Shown here: in pieces, positions 59,487 to 64,000 of the stretch | How positions within the stretch are numbered: the first letter of the stretch is position 1 | How the letters are laid out: each line of letters opens with the position of its first letter | Source of the DNA: Ylistrum balloti | Lineage: Eukaryota | Assembly: GCF_031769215.1 (NCBI RefSeq) | Contig: NW_026782216.1 | Span: forward strand, 1 to 64,000 | Direction: 5' to 3' | Length of the DNA: 64,000 nt | The notes under the pieces: generated by a model | Told to the model about the DNA's origin: nothing | Databases searched by the model: none | What the model saw: only the letters and a program-made list of their open reading frames with translations | Made by a program: the position numbers and the translations under genes

Positions 59487-60447
59487 TTTATGCTCCTCTA
59501 AAATTTTCTGGGGAGCAAACAAGTTGCTGCCTTGTCCGTTTGTCCTTTTCATGTCATTAGCATAACTTTGCCCACAGTTTAACGAAGGATCATGAAGCTT
59601 ATTGTATACATTGGTCATACTCCGGGGATGTGCAGTGTACCAAATTCAGGGACCTTGACCCTGTAAATACATTTGTTAAATTTTCTTTTTCGGAGCATAA
59701 CTCAGCTTGCATTTAAACAAGGCTAATGAAACTTGGTGGATAAATTGATCATACTAAGACAATGCACAGTGTACCAAATTCAGCACTGCTACCTCTCAAT
59801 AACCAGAGTTATTACCCTTTGTTAAAAAATTATTGATTGGGGCATAACATTGCCCACACTTAAGCAAAGATCATGAAACTTAGTATATACAATGATCATA
59901 CTAAGACAATGTGCTGTTTACCAAATTTCAGGCTTTCAATCACTCAGTTTCAGAGTAATTGCCCTTTGTTAAAAATATCCTTTCAAGAGCATAATTTTGC
60001 TTGTATTTAAGGTAGGATAATGAAACTTTGTGTACAAATTGATCATACAAAGATTATGATCAGCGTACCAAATTAAGGGCCCCCAAACCCTCAATAACAG
60101 TTACTGCCCTTTGCTAAGATACCTTGTCCAGAACATAACTTTTCTTGTATTTAAGGTCGGATAACGAAACATGGTGTATACATTTACCGTAGGAAGACAA
60201 TACAATACCCCTCAGTAATGAGTTATTGACCATTGTCAAAAATTTGTGTCACAAGCATACCTTTATTTGCATTCAATCTAAGGTATTGAAACTTGGTGTA
60301 TACATTGGCCATACTAAGAGAATGTGCAGTAAATCAAATCCAGGGCCCGCAACCTCTTAATAACAGAATTACTGCCCTTAGTTAAAATTTTTATGTCCAA
60401 TAAAGACGATTATGGGAAGCATTCATCAGTTTCACTGATGCTCTTGT
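59487..60447 (+). mobile_element. Near-complete HINE (Helentron-associated, pearl/DINE-like) non-autonomous element with ~6 internal ~145-bp tandem units
   Basis: 5' tttatgctcc...ggggagca inverted repeat, gtccgtttgtcc microsatellite seed and cataac-anchored repeats at 59561, 59696, 59843, 59990, 60134 and 60256. The 3' end has gggaagcat followed by the hairpin catcagtttcactgatg. Confidence 0.8.
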
Positions 60448-63443
60448 CTAAATAGGTCAGAATGCCATGAGCTGAATATATTAAAAATGATTTTTAAGGA
60501 TTTACTTTTATTTCCTCTTTCACCATAAAGTGACCAGACTAAAGGTGGTTTTAAATATGCGATACCATATCCCTAATTGGGCTCCACTTTTCTGCCCATA
60601 GAGAGACCAGGGTTTCTGATTACACAAAACTGAGTTATATCACCCAAGAATTTTCTTTGCCAAACTTGTTCAAAATTGCTAAATCTATACTAAAAATTAT
60701 GGAAAGGTTACTTGACTGAGGAATGGAAGTGGATCATAGGTGAAAAGTGATTTGGATGAGATGGTAACTAAACAGATCAACACTCCAAACAAGTTTTTAT
60801 AAATTTATTTTTAACACCTAATGCAGGAGAAGAGAACAACATAAAAGTCACAGATTTCTGTACATTTTCCATGTACACTACAGTTTAACTCAAACTATCT
60901 CAATTTGTACTGATGACTCCCATTGTTTGCATTCAGTTTTAAAATTTCTGGTTATTTTGACAGTTGTTCACTGATCTTTAGATAACCTGAATATTATGAT
61001 ATTTTTTGTTAAGGCAATGAAAGAATGAGATTTTTAAAATTCAACTTTCAAGTAAAATGTAATGGTTATATCAAAAAAATTAATAGATTTTATTTGTAAG
61101 AATTCTTATATAGATAACCCTGACTCCCTTCATATATGAAAATCCAGGATAGAGAGCACAATAGCACTACTGGAAAATATTCTCTATCAATTACCAGATA
61201 CAGAGTGAAAGTTCATATCTTTAATATCATATTACAACAGTGCAAGGACCATTTTCTTTTTATTTGTCAAAAAGAGGGTCAAAGGTCAAAGTTTATCTAA
61301 CCAAATCTTGATGTGGCCTGTGATTCTGTACTATACCTGATTATTAATCTTTTGATGACCACATGTTACACTGGTGAATAACAATAACATTATATGCTAC
61401 ATTTATACAGAGAAAGATGTTTTTAGAAAAATATATGAACATCTGGACGGATTCCCTGTAAAATTCTTTGTATGAAATAATATTAAGAAAAAAAATGTTC
61501 AAGAACAAAACACTTGATAAAAGTGCAGGCATCCTTTTAAGTTACACAAACTAGTCTAAAATAACTACATTGATAAGCACTTTCCATCTCCAATACATGT
61601 ACATGAATGAAAATATAATTCAAAACAAAAGACAATGACGAGTACATTAATATCAAGTGAAAAAGGACTCGGGGAAACTTTTTCTGATCAATATTTCAGA
61701 AAAAAAAGCCCAAAGCCTTATATAAATATTATACACTAAAAGTACAGGATTCTTTGAAAAAAAAGTGAAAATATCTCCAAAATCCAATAAAGGGGGCTAC
61801 ATGCTCCCTGTGAACACAAGAACAGCCCACAGCTCACTCTGTTTCTCTGACACAACAGCATAAGTTGTTTTAAACATGCATTGCACTTAATTTGATATGA
61901 AATCACAGCTACTAAACAAAACACATACTTTTTATAAGATCAAGATACACATCTCTGTAGCATTAAAATCACTACACATCCATAAGCATCTACAACATTC
62001 ATAACTATTTTTTCTTTCTTTTTTATTCAGCTAAGAAATAGCAAACAATATTATCATCTCAATTCCTCAGCATATTTAATAGAATAATCTTACACTGTAC
62101 AACATATTTTCAAACACAGCATCTTTTTCATTTGTAAATCTAGTTCTTGAGACTTTGACCATCTAATTATATAAATTTTATACAACATATTAGACACTTT
62201 CTGTTAGGTAATCTGGAGACTCCTGAGATATGTTCCCAAACTTTTGGACAAAAATAATTGAAAATCTTCTAAATTATTAATGCAGAATTTAATTATGTTA
62301 ATGTCATTTGAAAGAGCAGATAGAAATACAGGAAACACATTTATTTTGGTGCAATCAGATTTAAGTGCAATATCAATTTTTAACAAATCATGGCAATGAG
62401 GAATTCAACCATTTGCAATAATTGTTATATCAATAACATACAGTGACTGCAATTTACATACTCATAGCTAAAATAAGATTATAAGAAAAATATCCCTGTT
62501 TACAGTATCTTGTTTAAGTTTGAAGCTTTTCAAAAACATGCCGAAAAATGCACTTATTGGAAAGCATTTTTCATGAGCAATCTCTTCAACCGTAAAGTGA
62601 AAAGCTGATATGTATGTGATATTGTAATAAGCATATTGTGATGTATTTTACTATGTTATGTAAATATGGAATTTCCCTCTCCGACTCCTGAAACTATATT
62701 CCGCCCAGCGGAGTAATAAAAGTTAGTTGTTGGTACCGCCATGATGTATGATGTGTGGTTAGTCAGCGCCGGTCCACTACTGTAATGTTTTGGGTCAAGA
62801 CACGACACATATCAGTACAAACTCGAGGTAACTAGATAATAATCTCAAAAGTCACTGAATGAAAATAAAATCTCAACAATTTAATTCACATTTATTGAAA
62901 CTTAAAAAAACCCAATGAAATTCAATTCAATATGGTTTTTAAAAAATTCTGCAAGGATCTGTACAGGATGTCTTTGTATTATACATATTTCAGAATAGGC
63001 TAAAAACTGTATTATGTTTTTAGTTTTGTTTTTTCTTTATGACAATTTTTTGCCAGTTTTACCTAAGCTTGAAATAAAAATGATATATCATTATCATCTT
63101 TATTCAAATCGAAGTTATCTATTTTTCAAAATGTTATTTTATCCTAGTCATTAATTGAAAACTGAGCAACTTGAAAATAAAAGCTGTTATAGTGCATGTA
63201 TAATTCTACATTTTGTAACTTAAACTTAGTTAGAGTATGTATTGTACATGTACAGCTTACAGAATTTACCATTAAAGTATCATCATTAGAGTAACTGTAC
63301 ATTTTCCAGCTCTCTCAATGATAAAATAGACCTGTATACCCTTACTGACATTTATCTCTGAATTCAACACAGCAACCATTTATCTCACAATTACAAGCAT
63401 TCTAAGAGTAGTATTGTTAATCTGGTTGGTGATCTATTACACA

Positions 63444-63578
63444 TTAGTTTTTCTTGAGGTAGAAAACCAGGTCTGAACTGTCATATCCTGTGACACAGAA
63501 GCCCATCCCTGCTTTATGTACAAACTGTCCACCACACAGCTGCATGTCTGTGACACTCTCACCAAAACAAAACTCAAT
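63444..63578 (-). CDS. WDR54: WD repeat protein 54, last coding exon (gene continues beyond the window)
   Basis: After cattgttacag| the exon reads IEFCFGESVTDMQLCGGQFVHKAGMGFCVTGYDSSDLVFYLKKN*, matching from memory the human C-terminus IEHCHGECVADTQLCGARF...FAVTGYDL. TTTATT (minus-strand AATAAA) occurs near 62893 and 60805. Confidence 0.8.
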   Translation of the reverse strand: MEFCFGESVTDMQLCGGQFVHKAGMGFCVTGYDSSDLVFYLKKN

Positions 63579-64000
63579 CTGTAACAATGAAGATAAGGAT
63601 TTATGTACCATTTTCCAGTAAAGGTAGGAGACAATACCAAGGGATGTATACTTTCAATTAGTTGTGATATTACAATGGAAGTTGCTGTTTACTGTAGGTC
63701 TAATAGTTATTGTATATCACAAAGATTATCCTCATCAAACTCTTCACCTCGCTTTTTGATGACACATTTGAGCATGCTCTTATCATACAATTCTTTTAAG
63801 GCTAGCATGAGAATGAATGTTATGGCAATGACTTGACAATCAATGATTACATTTGAATTAGATTTAATTATCCAATAAAAAATGTGTTGCATAACTGTAA
63901 TTTTAGAATCAATATCATGATTTGAATTATATTCCAATTTATGATTATCTTTTACTACTTAACAAAGACCCGTGTACGAAAATGTCAACTTTATAAAGGT

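Noticed and set aside
63707-63937. ORF as the penultimate WDR54 exon
   Set aside because: It does not resemble the expected WDR54 sequence, and I found no convincing phase-0 donor to join the last exon.

Overview
AT-rich eukaryotic genomic DNA, most likely from a bivalve mollusc (inferred from the SINE, HINE/pearl-like and CR1 repeat types and the gene content). Protein-coding genes I could assemble: a 2-exon DHHC palmitoyltransferase (+, 2954-4685), a 25-exon kinesin-5 KIF11/Eg5 (+, 7844-25538, 1055 aa), an intronless FADS6-type desaturase (-, 44766-45812), a 9-exon RMND5A/GID2 E3 ligase (+, 48424-55709, 388 aa) and the last exon of WDR54 (-, 63444-63578). The rest is SINEs, a CR1 LINE relic, MITEs, Helentron-like non-autonomous elements and many minisatellites. 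The most striking unexplained pattern is in KIF11: four real exon/5' splice-donor junctions, plus one cryptic donor, have each been tandemly copied into the intron. One array carries nine perfect in-frame, stop-free donor copies that could add 15-aa Cys-containing repeats to the kinesin stalk. There are also hand-assembled candidates for an unannotated gene head-to-head with KIF11, a spliced short-ORF transcript at 33-36 kb and a cassette exon in RMND5A. No prokaryotic features or CRISPR arrays were found. All exon models were assembled by eye and need RNA-seq confirmation.
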